Assembly (NCBI GenBank): GCA_963753655.1
Contig: CAVWDB010000006.1
Span: forward strand, 684,693 to 748,692
DNA length: 64,000 nucleotides
Source: an uncultured Chloroflexia bacterium
GTDB taxonomy: Bacteria; Chloroflexota; Anaerolineae; Anaerolineales; Villigracilaceae
Direction of reading: 5' to 3'
The position numbers and the translations under genes were made by a program. A model generated the notes under the pieces. It searched no databases, was not told the DNA's origin, and saw only the letters and a program-made list of their open reading frames with translations. Positions 20,419 through 31,145 of the stretch are shown in pieces. Positions within the stretch are counted from its first letter, which is position 1. Every line of letters starts with the position of its first letter.

Positions 20419-21618
20419 TTATTTTTTTGATTTCTTCGTTGTTTTGCCGTGTCCCATGATCCTTTCGTAGGCAGAGAGCCATTCATGAGCGACATTCATT
20501 AATTCTTGAAGTTGCTGTTCTGTGGCGTCTGCCGTTTGGTGAAGTTGATCCTGTACTATTTGTGCAGATTCGTCGAGCGCGCTGATGCGTTCCTCCAGCT
20601 TTTGTACGGAACGGCGGACATCTTTGGTGCCTTCATCCTGCGAAAGGGTATACCCGGTCCAGCGTTTCTGGTCATCGGCTTTGAATGTGACCCATTCCTG
20701 CCTGAGACGATCTTCGGCGAGTCTTTGCATTTCAGTCACTTCGTTGATGCGGCGTTCAAGTTTGGTGTTGAGTTCGTTGTACGTTTCCTGGGCGCGCTTG
20801 GCAGAGCGCAGCGTTTCATCGAGCGCCTGTGATTGTGATTCAAGCGTTCCCACCTGTTTCTGGAAATCGACATATCGATCACGCCATTCCTTGTAGGCGC
20901 GGTCACGATCAATTTGTGCAATGCTTTGTTTCTCGATAAATTCAGTCTGTGCAACTTTGCGCTCTGATTCGGAAAGCTGCAGCTCCTTGATGCGGTTGTC
21001 AATATTCTTGAAACTATCTGCACCAAGATCCGCTTTTTCACGGACCTCGTCAATGCGTTTGCGCAGGGCGGTCAGTTCACCCTGCAGGTCGGCGATGCGT
21101 TTTAGCTCCTGCTTGCGGCTTTCTTCGAAGGAGCGCTGAGAGCGTGTGGCCTCCTCAGCCGCACGCATGGCTTCATCGATGGGTGGTTTCAGTTCCTTGA
21201 TTTCCCGATGTAAACGCTCTTCCTCTGTAATGCGCGCCTTGATATCGCGTTTGATCGGCGCCAATTCTGTGAGCGGTTTCTTGAGTTCGTCAATTTCCTT
21301 GTGGAAAGGTTCAATATCTTTGAGATGTTGCTTGGTGATTTCCTTTTCACGTTTTTGATATTTTTTATCCAGCTCTTCGAGCGCCGCTTTCATCTCCTCG
21401 CGTTGATTTGCCACAATCGCGTCGAATTGATCGAGACGGGCAAGGGTGGATGAAAGGCTCGATATTTGTTTGTCGAGGGGTTTGATCTGTTTTGCGACTG
21501 TGTCAATGTTCCCCTCGAAGGAGGCGATTCTCTCCTCCAATGCGATGATGGCGGCTTTGTCCTTGCGGTGTTCCTCGTCCAGCCATTGCAGGCGTTTGAC
21601 GATCTGTTCAAAATCCAT
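20419..21618 (-). CDS. Long coiled-coil hypothetical protein
   Basis: 399 aa, E/K/Q/R-rich heptads; GGAGG RBS. Confidence 0.75.
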   Translation of the reverse strand: MDFEQIVKRLQWLDEEHRKDKAAIIALEERIASFEGNIDTVAKQIKPLDKQISSLSSTLARLDQFDAIVANQREEMKAALEELDKKYQKREKEITKQHLKDIEPFHKEIDELKKPLTELAPIKRDIKARITEEERLHREIKELKPPIDEAMRAAEEATRSQRSFEESRKQELKRIADLQGELTALRKRIDEVREKADLGADSFKNIDNRIKELQLSESERKVAQTEFIEKQSIAQIDRDRAYKEWRDRYVDFQKQVGTLESQSQALDETLRSAKRAQETYNELNTKLERRINEVTEMQRLAEDRLRQEWVTFKADDQKRWTGYTLSQDEGTKDVRRSVQKLEERISALDESAQIVQDQLHQTADATEQQLQELMNVAHEWLSAYERIMGHGKTTKKSKK

Positions 21619-21664
21619 GTGTCCTCCGGCGCGTTCTTCTGAATTGCTGTGTGATTATACCGCC

Positions 21665-23062
21665 TCAACGTCCGAGATGCTCGAACATGGCTGGCAGGTT
21701 GGATAGCAGGGCTTGTACGGTCTGTGGAAATAAGCCGAGCAGGAATAATCCGATCATTCCCAGCCCGAGCATGATTCCTGGCAACCAGCCTTCCCGTAGT
21801 TCCCAGCCTGTATACTCATCAGCCATGCCCAATACAGCCATCGAACGAAAAGAACTGACCAGTAATCCAACCATGCCGATGCCCAGCCAGAATGCTCCGC
21901 TCAATGAAACGCGCGAAAGTCCATCCCATAACGCCAAGCGCGGAGGAAAGCCAGCCAGTAAAGGAAATGCACTCATGGAAAGTGACGCAAGAATCAGGCC
22001 TATGCTGGCAATCGGAACGTTTCGTAATATCCCGCGTACTGCGCCGAACTGCATGGATTGTACATGATCTTTGATCACGCTTAATGAAAGTGACCAGACG
22101 GCCAGCCCAAGTGCGCGCGCCGGGATGAGCAAAAACAATATTGGGATGCCAACTCTTGAATCCAGGCTGAGTGCAATAAGAGAAAGACCAGTCTCAACTA
22201 CTGAGGCATATGCCATGATCCGTCCCAGGTGCCGTTGGAATGCCGCCCATATTCCGCCGGTGACGATCATCAGCAGCCCCGCGGATTGAAGTGCGACAGC
22301 CAGTTGTGGCGATGAACGAAGCCATGAATAACGGTCGAGAAAGCCCATTCCAAAGAATAACGTTGTGGTGGGTAATATCCATAAGAGAAAACCAGTGGCA
22401 AAAGGGGATGCCTCCTCCGCCAACATGGGAATCCAATTGTAGAGGGGAAAGATCGCCAGCAGGAAGGCAAACCCCAACCCAAGCATGGACGCTGACTGCG
22501 CGGCGAGCGCCAGGTCGCCTGGGCTGGCTTCCACACCGGCCAGCAGCCAGCCTGCCAAAAGAATAAAGGGCATGGCAAGCGTTTGATAAATCAGAAAGCG
22601 CACTACGCCTTTGCCAGGCGGCTTATGAATACTGGTTAACATGGGAATGGATAAGAGTACGGCCATCTCAATGAAGAGCGCCGCGTACAGAAAAGGTTCC
22701 ACGGCGATGGAGGCGATCATAAGCGATGTGATGATCAACCCAAGTGGAACCAGCCGTAATGATGATTTGGCGGCTTCTGCACCAAAGAACCAAAGCGCTG
22801 TAGCAGCATAAATCAAAGCAAGCAGTGAACCTTCCGCTGGCGTTATGAGAAGCACGCGGCCCAAGATCGTCAAGGAAGAATCTACTTTGATGGCGAATGT
22901 GCCCAGTTGTAACGCCTTTTCAATGGGAAGAAATTGTGCGGCAAGCGCCAGTATCACTGCCAGGCTTCCGCCAATCAGGCTCAAGGCGCGCTGGTTGGTA
23001 ATGAATAAAAGCAATATGGCAATCCCGGCCGGGGCTATGATCCAGATGGTTGGTGCGTTCAT
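21665..23062 (-). CDS. NuoN/MrpD-like proton-antiporter-fold membrane protein
   Basis: FIEM, FPLYNWIP, QRHLGRIMAYAS, SAFPLLAGF motifs. Confidence 0.72.
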   Translation of the reverse strand: MNAPTIWIIAPAGIAILLLFITNQRALSLIGGSLAVILALAAQFLPIEKALQLGTFAIKVDSSLTILGRVLLITPAEGSLLALIYAATALWFFGAEAAKSSLRLVPLGLIITSLMIASIAVEPFLYAALFIEMAVLLSIPMLTSIHKPPGKGVVRFLIYQTLAMPFILLAGWLLAGVEASPGDLALAAQSASMLGLGFAFLLAIFPLYNWIPMLAEEASPFATGFLLWILPTTTLFFGMGFLDRYSWLRSSPQLAVALQSAGLLMIVTGGIWAAFQRHLGRIMAYASVVETGLSLIALSLDSRVGIPILFLLIPARALGLAVWSLSLSVIKDHVQSMQFGAVRGILRNVPIASIGLILASLSMSAFPLLAGFPPRLALWDGLSRVSLSGAFWLGIGMVGLLVSSFRSMAVLGMADEYTGWELREGWLPGIMLGLGMIGLFLLGLFPQTVQALLSNLPAMFEHLGR

Positions 23063-23661
23063 GGGGTTTCCGCCTCTGTTGCATTGGAGGCAACCAGGAG
23101 ATATGCTCCCACCAGCGCCAAGCCCAGGTTGATAACTGCCAGAAGCGCCGCGACCAAAACCGAGCCTTCCACAGTTGCATACAAGGCCTCAAAGCCTGAA
23201 AGTACGGTCATAAGCCCAATGGTTACCCGTAATATATGATCGGTCACACTCAAGTGAAGTAAACCCATGCCGATCATAAGCAGGCTCCCAGCTGTAATGG
23301 CAAAACCTGCATCTGCCATGATCGTATCCACGCGTGGAGTTGTTGCCGCGACGACCAACACGATAATTCCGGCGGCAAACAGGCGGAAGAAACGCCCGCG
23401 CGGTAAAAGGCTCTGCGCCTCATTGGCATCTTCCTGTGATAGGCCTGAGCGTGTCATCCCCAAAATGGCGGCGCTCATCCAGCCTGCCACTACTTTGACG
23501 GAAGCCATACCCAGGGGCCAGTTCTGTAAGGTCAAGATGAACATGCCTGCATACTGTATGGAAAGCCAGATGATCAGCCAGCGCCAGTCATATGCGAGCA
23601 ATAATCCCACCGATGTGGTGGCGATCAAAATGATGATGATCCATGAGAAAACCAGGGACAT
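23059..23661 (-). CDS. Polytopic membrane protein (about 6-7 TM), possibly HyfE/NuoJK-like
   Basis: Highly hydrophobic ORF translationally coupled to neighbours. Confidence 0.6.
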   Translation of the reverse strand: MSLVFSWIIIILIATTSVGLLLAYDWRWLIIWLSIQYAGMFILTLQNWPLGMASVKVVAGWMSAAILGMTRSGLSQEDANEAQSLLPRGRFFRLFAAGIIVLVVAATTPRVDTIMADAGFAITAGSLLMIGMGLLHLSVTDHILRVTIGLMTVLSGFEALYATVEGSVLVAALLAVINLGLALVGAYLLVASNATEAETP

Positions 23662-23664
23662 AAC

Positions 23665-25227
23665 TTATGGAGCGCCTTGTGTAAAGAAGGAAATGAAGAG
23701 GGCGAGGAAAAGCAGCGTCCACATCATGCCGCTTTCGCCCTCCAAAACGTTTGCGAGTGTGTTGCTGAGGACTCCAAGTTGTCGATATATATTCCATAAG
23801 CCTTGATACACAAGATCGAGCCATGAAGGGTTGCTGGGGCGTACCCAATGTGCGCGTACCGGGTTGAGGATGCGCAGGCGCGGGGTCAGCCAGAGCAGGC
23901 CCAAAGTCAGAATGGACGCGCTGAGGCTTGCAATCCAATTGCCAAACTGGAGGATTCCCTTCCAGCCGAAGAATCCGAGCATCAAGATCGTTAATAAAAG
24001 GATGACGATTCCAATGGGATAGACGTTCTTTGCCCAGATGGGCTGATCGTCAAAATTCGTGCGGGCAGATGGGTGCTGAACATGGCGGATGAAACCTGTC
24101 ATCAACATGGCATGTGCCACAATGAGAAGAGGAATAGCGAACCAGACGCTTTCCCTCGCATTGTCCCATCCAGTTGCAGTGAGCGAAAACGGCAGGGATG
24201 AAATTCCCCATAACCCGATGAAAAGGGCGCGTTCCACCCATTGGTTATTTGCAGAGGATAGAAATAGGGCCGCTCCTGCAAGTATCAGCGCACAACTCCA
24301 CGCGGTTGCGCCAATGGAGTTTGCGCGCAGAGCCGCGGCAACCGCCAGCGAGCCAAATCCGATCAGCCAAAAGGGACGTCCGGTTAATTCGTCAGGCGAA
24401 CGCATCCACATCCATGCACCGTACAATGCGGCAAACGAAACGAGTATTATTAAATAGGGAGTAATGGGAGATTCAATACTTGTTAATGGGATGCGTGCTA
24501 GTAGGATTAGGCTTGAGCCTGCTGAGATCATGCGTAAGCCGGTGCCAAAGCCACGCCGAATGGAAGATTCACCTCCATAGGGTAGGTGAAGAGGCAGGAC
24601 CCCCAGACGAAAGCCTGCCGCGACAACAAGAAATAAGCCTGCCTGCGGTATCGTTGAGCGAAAATCCAAGACAAAACCGTTCGAGGCACTAACCATGCTT
24701 GCCCATAGCAGGATCAATGTTCCCGCTACGCGTGATGCGAAAGCAATAACAGCGCGCTCGCTCAGCCTGGGGTCTTCCACGAGACGCATTTGTGAGATCA
24801 GTTCGACAAGATCGATCGCCGCCCAGATCAAAACAAGGGTCAGAGGATTATCCGCAGTCACTGCCAGCACACCAAACGCGGTCAGGAGTAAGACACCAAT
24901 CCAACTAAGAGAGCTCGGAAAATTTGAGCGCGCTACCGCAGTAATGATCACCCCCAGGCATAAAGTGGTAAGACTTAAAGCAAAAGCCCACGCGATGCCA
25001 TCTGCTATGAAAAAAGGGGATTGCTGAAAAAGAGTTTCAGGTTTCCAGAGCGGAAGTTGCAAAGCTATCGGTAAACCTGCCTGCCAGGCGAATACACTGC
25101 CCCAGCCCAGCAAACCTCCAGTGGTTGCGATTAACCACGCGTAACGAAAGTTGGGCAGGATGAATTGCAGAACCAATAGAATAAGGGCTGTCAATAACAG
25201 GATCGAAACGGTAACCAATATGAACAT
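23665..25227 (-). CDS. Divergent proton-antiporter-fold membrane protein
   Basis: About 14 TMs; ADNPLTLVLIW, GFRLGVLPLH, GISSLPFS. Confidence 0.6.
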   Translation of the reverse strand: MFILVTVSILLLTALILLVLQFILPNFRYAWLIATTGGLLGWGSVFAWQAGLPIALQLPLWKPETLFQQSPFFIADGIAWAFALSLTTLCLGVIITAVARSNFPSSLSWIGVLLLTAFGVLAVTADNPLTLVLIWAAIDLVELISQMRLVEDPRLSERAVIAFASRVAGTLILLWASMVSASNGFVLDFRSTIPQAGLFLVVAAGFRLGVLPLHLPYGGESSIRRGFGTGLRMISAGSSLILLARIPLTSIESPITPYLIILVSFAALYGAWMWMRSPDELTGRPFWLIGFGSLAVAAALRANSIGATAWSCALILAGAALFLSSANNQWVERALFIGLWGISSLPFSLTATGWDNARESVWFAIPLLIVAHAMLMTGFIRHVQHPSARTNFDDQPIWAKNVYPIGIVILLLTILMLGFFGWKGILQFGNWIASLSASILTLGLLWLTPRLRILNPVRAHWVRPSNPSWLDLVYQGLWNIYRQLGVLSNTLANVLEGESGMMWTLLFLALFISFFTQGAP

Positions 25228-25302
25228 GGTGTCGCAATTTTACACCCTTGGGGGTACCATGTCAGGTTTGCAGACCCCTTTGATTGTTGTACAATTCAAG
25301 CC

Positions 25303-26532
25303 ATGCGTTCCACCGTTGCAATTTTTTTATCTCTTTCTTTAATTCTTTCTGGATGCGGTACAAGGGCAGATTCAGTTTCTGCCAGCGGAATTCCCACACC
25401 GACACCTTTTCAACCGGGATCAGATAGCGCGCCAGACTCACTTTATGCTGGTGCGGCGCCAACACCCTTATCCCTGCCGACATCTACTCTGCCACCCTCT
25501 CCCACACCCACAGAAGTTGTCATCCTGCCTACGTCGACTCCTGTCGTGTTGAATCCTTTAACTGGCGCGCCTGTCTCTGACCCTGCACTGCTCAATCGTC
25601 GTCCACTGGCGATCAAGGTAGCAAACTATCCGCGTTATATCCGTCCACAATCTGGCTTGACCTTGGCCGATAATATCTATGAATACTATATCGAAGGCGG
25701 ACTGACGCGCTTCATTGGCATATTCTATGGCAACAACTCGGAATGGGTGGGACCCGTCCGCTCGGGGCGCTTCTTCGATGAAAATATCCAGCGCATGTAT
25801 CAGTCGTATCTCGTATTCAAGTTTGCCGACCCACGTGTATTGACCTATTTTCAAAGTACAGATTTTGCAGACTTCTTGGTGGTGCCCTCTTTCAGCGAAT
25901 GCCCTCCTTTCCAGCTTATGGATAGCCGAAAGATAGAAGTGTATAACAATTCCTATTTCAATACGGTCAAGTGGCAGGATTGCATTACAAAGAAAAACTT
26001 GAAGAACGACCGCCCCCTGCTTTTTCCGGGAAACTTTGATGGCACCTTTCCAGCCGCGTTTGACCTGGTTAGCACACGCATCTATACCTATTTTTCAGAT
26101 TACTCTTATAGTTACTGGCAATATATCCCCGAGTTTGCGCAATACCTTCGCTATCAGGAAACGGATGATATGCACGATGGCAAGCCTGAAAAATATGCGC
26201 CTCTCACCGATAACGTCACAAAAGATACTGTCCATGCTTCGAATGTGGTTATTATCATGGCGTATCATACGTTTGCGGATACGTTCCAGGAGGAGGATGA
26301 GGTTTACCACATCGACATGACAGGCTCCGGCGAAGCCTACGTCTTCCGTGATGGTGTGGCAATCGTGGCAAAATGGACTCGTGCCAACACAAATCAACCT
26401 CTTCTGTTGACAACCCCGAGCGGACTTCCTATTACCTTGAAGCCCGGTATCACTTTCTATGAAGTGATCGGTACAAACTCATATGTTTCACAAGGCGACG
26501 GCGAATGGTATTTCCATCACGCAACCCCCTAG
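25303..26532 (+). CDS. DUF3048 (YerB-like) lipoprotein
   Basis: Lipobox LSGC, P/T linker, RPQSGL...EGGLTRF...GPVRSGR. Confidence 0.85.
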   Translation: MRSTVAIFLSLSLILSGCGTRADSVSASGIPTPTPFQPGSDSAPDSLYAGAAPTPLSLPTSTLPPSPTPTEVVILPTSTPVVLNPLTGAPVSDPALLNRRPLAIKVANYPRYIRPQSGLTLADNIYEYYIEGGLTRFIGIFYGNNSEWVGPVRSGRFFDENIQRMYQSYLVFKFADPRVLTYFQSTDFADFLVVPSFSECPPFQLMDSRKIEVYNNSYFNTVKWQDCITKKNLKNDRPLLFPGNFDGTFPAAFDLVSTRIYTYFSDYSYSYWQYIPEFAQYLRYQETDDMHDGKPEKYAPLTDNVTKDTVHASNVVIIMAYHTFADTFQEEDEVYHIDMTGSGEAYVFRDGVAIVAKWTRANTNQPLLLTTPSGLPITLKPGITFYEVIGTNSYVSQGDGEWYFHHATP

Positions 26533-26615
26533 ATGCGTTACAATATATTTGCATTCGTCCTGAGCGGAGCGAGGGTTCGTCGAGCGAAGACGAAGGACAG
26601 TTCCCATGAGGCATT

Positions 26616-27140
26616 ATGACCTTTGACCCAACTTTTGTAAGTAATTTTCTTCTTGTATTAACCGCCTTCGGCGGTGCGTTTCTTGCCGCCCTATGGATTT
26701 CATTCGTCGTTTGGACCTACCGCGACATCCGCACACGGGCACGCGATCCGTTGGTACAGACGCTTGCGACGCTATTAGTCGCTGTTTTGAATTTGCCGGG
26801 TGTATTGGTCTATCTCATTCTCCGCCCAACACGGACACTCGAAGAGGAGTATCAAAAAACACTCGAAGAAGAGGCTTTGCTTCAAGCGTTGGAAGATCTG
26901 CCTCTTTGCCCGGGGTGCGAACGTCGCGTCAAAGATGAATGGCAGGTATGCCCGAATTGCCATACCAAACTAAAGAAGAACTGCGAAAACTGCAATCGCT
27001 TAATGGAACTGCCGTGGAATATCTGTCCCTATTGCGGGACTCCCGCCGCCGGTATGCGCCACGGCGAAGGCACCAGCGTGGACGACGCCTTACGCGGTTT
27101 GAAAATGGAAGATGATAACGGGGAAGTGAGGACAGAGTAA
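26616..27140 (+). CDS. Membrane protein with double zinc ribbon
   Basis: Two TMs; CPGC, CPNC, CENC, CPYC. Confidence 0.8.
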   Translation: MTFDPTFVSNFLLVLTAFGGAFLAALWISFVVWTYRDIRTRARDPLVQTLATLLVAVLNLPGVLVYLILRPTRTLEEEYQKTLEEEALLQALEDLPLCPGCERRVKDEWQVCPNCHTKLKKNCENCNRLMELPWNICPYCGTPAAGMRHGEGTSVDDALRGLKMEDDNGEVRTE

Positions 27141-27189
27141 GAAACCAAGTGACGACTATTGTCGTCACTATTTATATTCGGTCAAAACC

Positions 27190-28299
27190 ATGAAAATCGA
27201 ATCCATCACCCTCCACCATATATCCATGCCATTGATCGCGCCGTTCGAGACATCCTTCGGGCGCGAGACGGATCGTCAGTGTATCGTCATCACTTTGCAA
27301 TCCGAAGGTCTGACTGGTTACGGCGAATGTGTCGCTTCGCGTGAGCCGGGCTACAACTATGAGACGACTGGTACGGCATGGCACATTCTCAAGGATTTCG
27401 TCGCTCCGCTTATTCTTGGAAAAGATGTTACGGACGCGCTTGATTTCCAAAAACGCGTGGAAGGCATCCGCGGTCATCATCTCGCCAAGGCAGGTATGGA
27501 GATGGCGATCTGGGATTTGCTTGGCAAGCGAGATGGAAAGTCACTGAAAGAAATGTTCGGCGGTGAACGGGATAAGGTTGAAGTGGGAGTCTCGATTGGG
27601 ATTCAAGAATCAGCTGCGGCGATGGTGCGAACCGTTGACTCCTTTTTGGAGAAAGGCTATCGCCGCGTCAAGATCAAGATCAAGCCGGGGCGTGAAGTGG
27701 AAGAGACAACTTCCATCCGAAAGAAATATCCCGAACTGCGTTTACAGGTGGATGCAAACTCCGCATATACATTGGAAACTGCCAGTGCGCTCAAACCGCT
27801 CGATGACCTGAGTTTGTTGTTGATCGAACAGCCGTTATATGAAGACGATATTTGGGATCATCGCAAACTGCAGGCGGAGTTCAAGACTGCCATCTGTTTG
27901 GATGAAAGCATCCTCTCGCCGCGCCATGCGCGCTACGCCTTGGAAATGGAAGCGTGCCGCAATATCAACATCAAGCCTGCGCGTGTGGGCGGGTTGAGTC
28001 AGGGGATAATGATCCATGATTATTGCCGCGCGCGTAACGTGCCTGTATGGTGTGGAGGAATGTTGGAAACGGGAATTGGGCGCGCCTCGAATCTTGCACT
28101 GGCTTCGCTGCCGGGATTTGTTTTGCCGGGGGATATATCCGCCTCGGATCGTTATTATCATCGCGATATAACGAATGAACGGTTTGTGCTGAATGACGAT
28201 AGCACGATTACGGTTCCGAACAAACCTGGTTTGGGCGTAACAATGGACGAAGAGGCACTCAAACAATTCACACTTTCTGAGCTGGCTCTTAAAGGCTGA
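27190..28299 (+). CDS. menC: o-Succinylbenzoate synthase / N-acylamino acid racemase (enolase superfamily)
   Basis: PFETSFG, KIKIKPG, DAN, EQP, DES, CGGMLE, PGDIS. Confidence 0.88.
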   Translation: MKIESITLHHISMPLIAPFETSFGRETDRQCIVITLQSEGLTGYGECVASREPGYNYETTGTAWHILKDFVAPLILGKDVTDALDFQKRVEGIRGHHLAKAGMEMAIWDLLGKRDGKSLKEMFGGERDKVEVGVSIGIQESAAAMVRTVDSFLEKGYRRVKIKIKPGREVEETTSIRKKYPELRLQVDANSAYTLETASALKPLDDLSLLLIEQPLYEDDIWDHRKLQAEFKTAICLDESILSPRHARYALEMEACRNINIKPARVGGLSQGIMIHDYCRARNVPVWCGGMLETGIGRASNLALASLPGFVLPGDISASDRYYHRDITNERFVLNDDSTITVPNKPGLGVTMDEEALKQFTLSELALKG

Positions 28300-28303
28300 G
28301 TTT

Positions 28304-28335
28304 CCCTCTCCCTTTGGGAGAGGGCAGGGTGAGGG
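28304..28335. repeat. CCCTCTCCC...GGGAGAGGG palindromic repeat family
   Basis: Related copies at 7502-7548, 39503-39557, 53188-53224. Confidence 0.75.
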
Positions 28336-28350
28336 TTATAATCGGGCGCT

Positions 28351-30170
28351 ATGCCTATTAAACAATCAAATACCTATCGCGCTGAGCGGAGGTCTGAGCG
28401 AAGCGTAGCGAAGACGAAGACCGCAGACGAAGCGCAAATAACAAAGAGTCTCACAATTCGATTTTTGATGCTGGTTGTTGTCCTTGCTTTAATTCTGACA
28501 TCTTGCGGAACGCAAACAACAACAACTTCCATGCCACAAGTTCAACAGCAAATTTCTACTTCCACAGCTGTTCCAGTAGCGGCGATTGTCGCGACCACGC
28601 CTGCGCCCGTTGGCGTGAATATCAGTGATTCGGTCCCGCCTGCTTTGCGAGAACAGGTAAGTCAACTGAACTTGCCCAATTTAAATCTGGACGTTGCGGC
28701 AGCGAACAGTTCTGGTGGGATTCAGTTTCAATGGGTTTATGCCCTGGTTGCACCGTTTCCAACGATCACAGATGGCGTGACATCTGATGAGCTTCGCTCG
28801 GCATGGACTGGCGGCGGGATTCCGTTATTGATGGATGAATCCACTCTACAGGCGTTTACGGCAATTTGGGGCGAACCCGCTTCGGGGTCAGTGCGAAGCG
28901 TGGACTCTGATCAATTGCTCGATACCGCATGGAGTGAGTCTGCATGGGCGATCATCCCATTTGAATCCATCGAACCAAAATGGAAAGTTTTGACCGTCGA
29001 TGGGCAATCTCCAATTCGCAAAGAATTTGACGAATCAAAGTATCCGCTCGTTGTGGGCTTCACGCTTCAATCTTCAATTGATATTGACCCTTCCACTTTG
29101 GCATTATCTAATTATGATGCATCCAAACTGACGACGATCATTATGACCGGCGTCACTGCGCTCGTGCGTGCCACCGCCGTGACGATGGAACTCAAAGGTT
29201 CGCTGTACCCCGGCGAAAAGATGCGCGATATTTTCCGCGAAGCCGATATTATGCACGTGAGCAATGAGATCCCGTTTTTCACGGGATGTCCCTATCCGAA
29301 GCCACAGGCGGGCGCGCTCGTGTTTTGCAGTGACCCGAAATATATGGACTTGTTGACCGATATTGGCACGGACGTGATCGAGTTAACCGGCAATCACTTT
29401 GCAGATTATGGTCCGTATGCGATGTATGAAACGCTTGATATGTATAACGCGGATCATATTCCGTATTTTGGCGGCGGACATGATTTACAAGATTCGCTTA
29501 CAGCCTGCATTGTTTGAAGTGAATGGGAACAAGATCGCATTCATCGGTTGCAACAAACCGGATGTGGGTCGCTTCCCAACCGCCACCGATTATCAACCTG
29601 GCGCCGCGCCGTGTGATTTTCCGTATCTTCAACAAAAGATCGCCGAGTTGAAATCACAAGGCTATGTTGTCATCTCGACATTCCAATGGAATGAAAGTTA
29701 TGATTGGAATCCTGCGCTTCAACAAGTGAGTGATTTTCGCTTGATGGTGGATTCTGGCGCGTCCATTGTCAGCGGCAGTCAGGCGCACTACTCACAAAAG
29801 ATGGAATTTTATAATGGCGCGTTCGTTCATTACTGGTCTGGGCAATTTGTTCTTCGACCAGATGGGCGACCAGGATTGGATGCCGCGCGGCATCCGCCGC
29901 ACGTTTTTTGATCGTCACGTGATCTATAATGGGAAATATATCAGTACCGAATTGATTACAGCAATGATTGAAGATTATTCTCGTCCGCGCCTAATGACAG
30001 ACGCAGAACGTGCCGGTTTTTTACAGGAATACTTTGCTTACAGCGGATGGATGCCGTCGATGTCAACACCGACTCCGACCATCACGCCCACGTTAACACC
30101 GATGTCCATCCCGTCTCTTGCTGGGACCTCGACCCTGCTTCCGTCCGAAACGCCGAGTCCCAGCCCCTGA
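28351..30170 (+). CDS. CapA/PGA_cap-family metallophosphatase lipoprotein (frameshifts near 29510, 29835)
   Basis: LTSC lipobox, MTGV, SNE, TGNHFADYG, GSQAH, GLGNLFFDQ. Confidence 0.78.
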
Positions 30171-30174
30171 CCTC

Positions 30175-30308
30175 TCGCGCTGAGCAGAGGGAGCCGACAG
30201 GCGAACGCAGACGAATCGTCGTTGGCGCGTACGCTTCGTCTACAGCCTTCGCACACTTGCCCCGGGCGAAAGTGCCGGGGACAACCGCTCAGGCTTCCGC
30301 TCAGCGCG
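30175..30308. repeat. CGCGCTGAGC...CGAAGCG palindromic family, inverted pair with nested insert
   Basis: Related copies near 26557, 28378, 35011, 36414, 44924, 45863, 49960. Confidence 0.7.
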
Positions 30309-30331
30309 ATGACAATGACAAGGAGCTTCAC

Positions 30332-30970
30332 ATGACCATCTACGACATTTCCGTAACCATTTCGCCGCATCTCCCAACCTGGCCCGGCGACCCGGGACTC
30401 GAACTCAAGCAATTCGAATCGATGGATAAAGGTTCGAGTACGAATTGCACCAGTATCAGTACCAGCGTGCATCTCGGCACACATGTGGACGCGCCGCATC
30501 ACTTCCTCAATGACGGGCGCACGGTCGAGCAGTTGCCGCTCGAAGTGTTGACAGGACCCTGTTATGTGATTCAGCTACCGGATGGGGTCGATGCGATCAC
30601 GTCCGAGGTGTTGGCGCGGACAGAGATCACATCCGATATGAAGCGTGTCCTGTTCGGCACGAGCAATTCACATTTTTGGGCGAAGGGCGAATCGGAATTT
30701 CAAACGGATTTTGTTGCCATTTCAGAAGATGGCGCGCAATGGCTGGTTGAGCATGGAGTCCAACTCGTTGGCGTGGACTATCTGTCGGTTGCGCCGTACG
30801 GCGATTCTACGCCGACGCATTCCGTGTTGCTACAGGCGGGCGTTGTGGTGGTGGAGGGACTAAATCTTTCACGGGTCACGCGCGGTTTTTACGATTTGTA
30901 TTGTCTCCCGCTAAAAATTGCCGGGTCTGATGGCGCGCCGGCAAGAGCGATACTCATTCAACCCAATTAA
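30332..30970 (+). CDS. Cyclase family protein (kynurenine formamidase-like)
   Basis: HLGTHVDAPHHF, GVDYLS, H..LL, VEGL, DGAPARA; AAGGAG RBS. Confidence 0.9.
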   Translation: MTIYDISVTISPHLPTWPGDPGLELKQFESMDKGSSTNCTSISTSVHLGTHVDAPHHFLNDGRTVEQLPLEVLTGPCYVIQLPDGVDAITSEVLARTEITSDMKRVLFGTSNSHFWAKGESEFQTDFVAISEDGAQWLVEHGVQLVGVDYLSVAPYGDSTPTHSVLLQAGVVVVEGLNLSRVTRGFYDLYCLPLKIAGSDGAPARAILIQPN

Positions 30971-31145
30971 GCATGTTGGTATCCTCCCCAAGCAAACCAA
31001 CTTTTTCTTCCATGCAAGCCTGTGCAATGTTTTTAATCTTTGGGGTGGTACGTAACCTCAGGGATTCGGTTATGATGTTACAACGCTTACAAAGTCAATT
31101 GTGAGGGTAAGATTCTGTCAGGATCTTATATAAAGTGGAGGGCTG

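Noticed and set aside
18403-20420. tRNA-Sec (selC) or selA/selD beside selB
   Set aside because: No such sequence was recognised. The 20302-20418 spacer holds only short purine/pyrimidine repeats.
30047-30331. N-terminal extension of the cyclase ORF (similarly 39487-39528 GNAT, 51374-51427 pth)
   Set aside because: These extensions translate intergenic repeats. Downstream starts fit the RBS or family length better.
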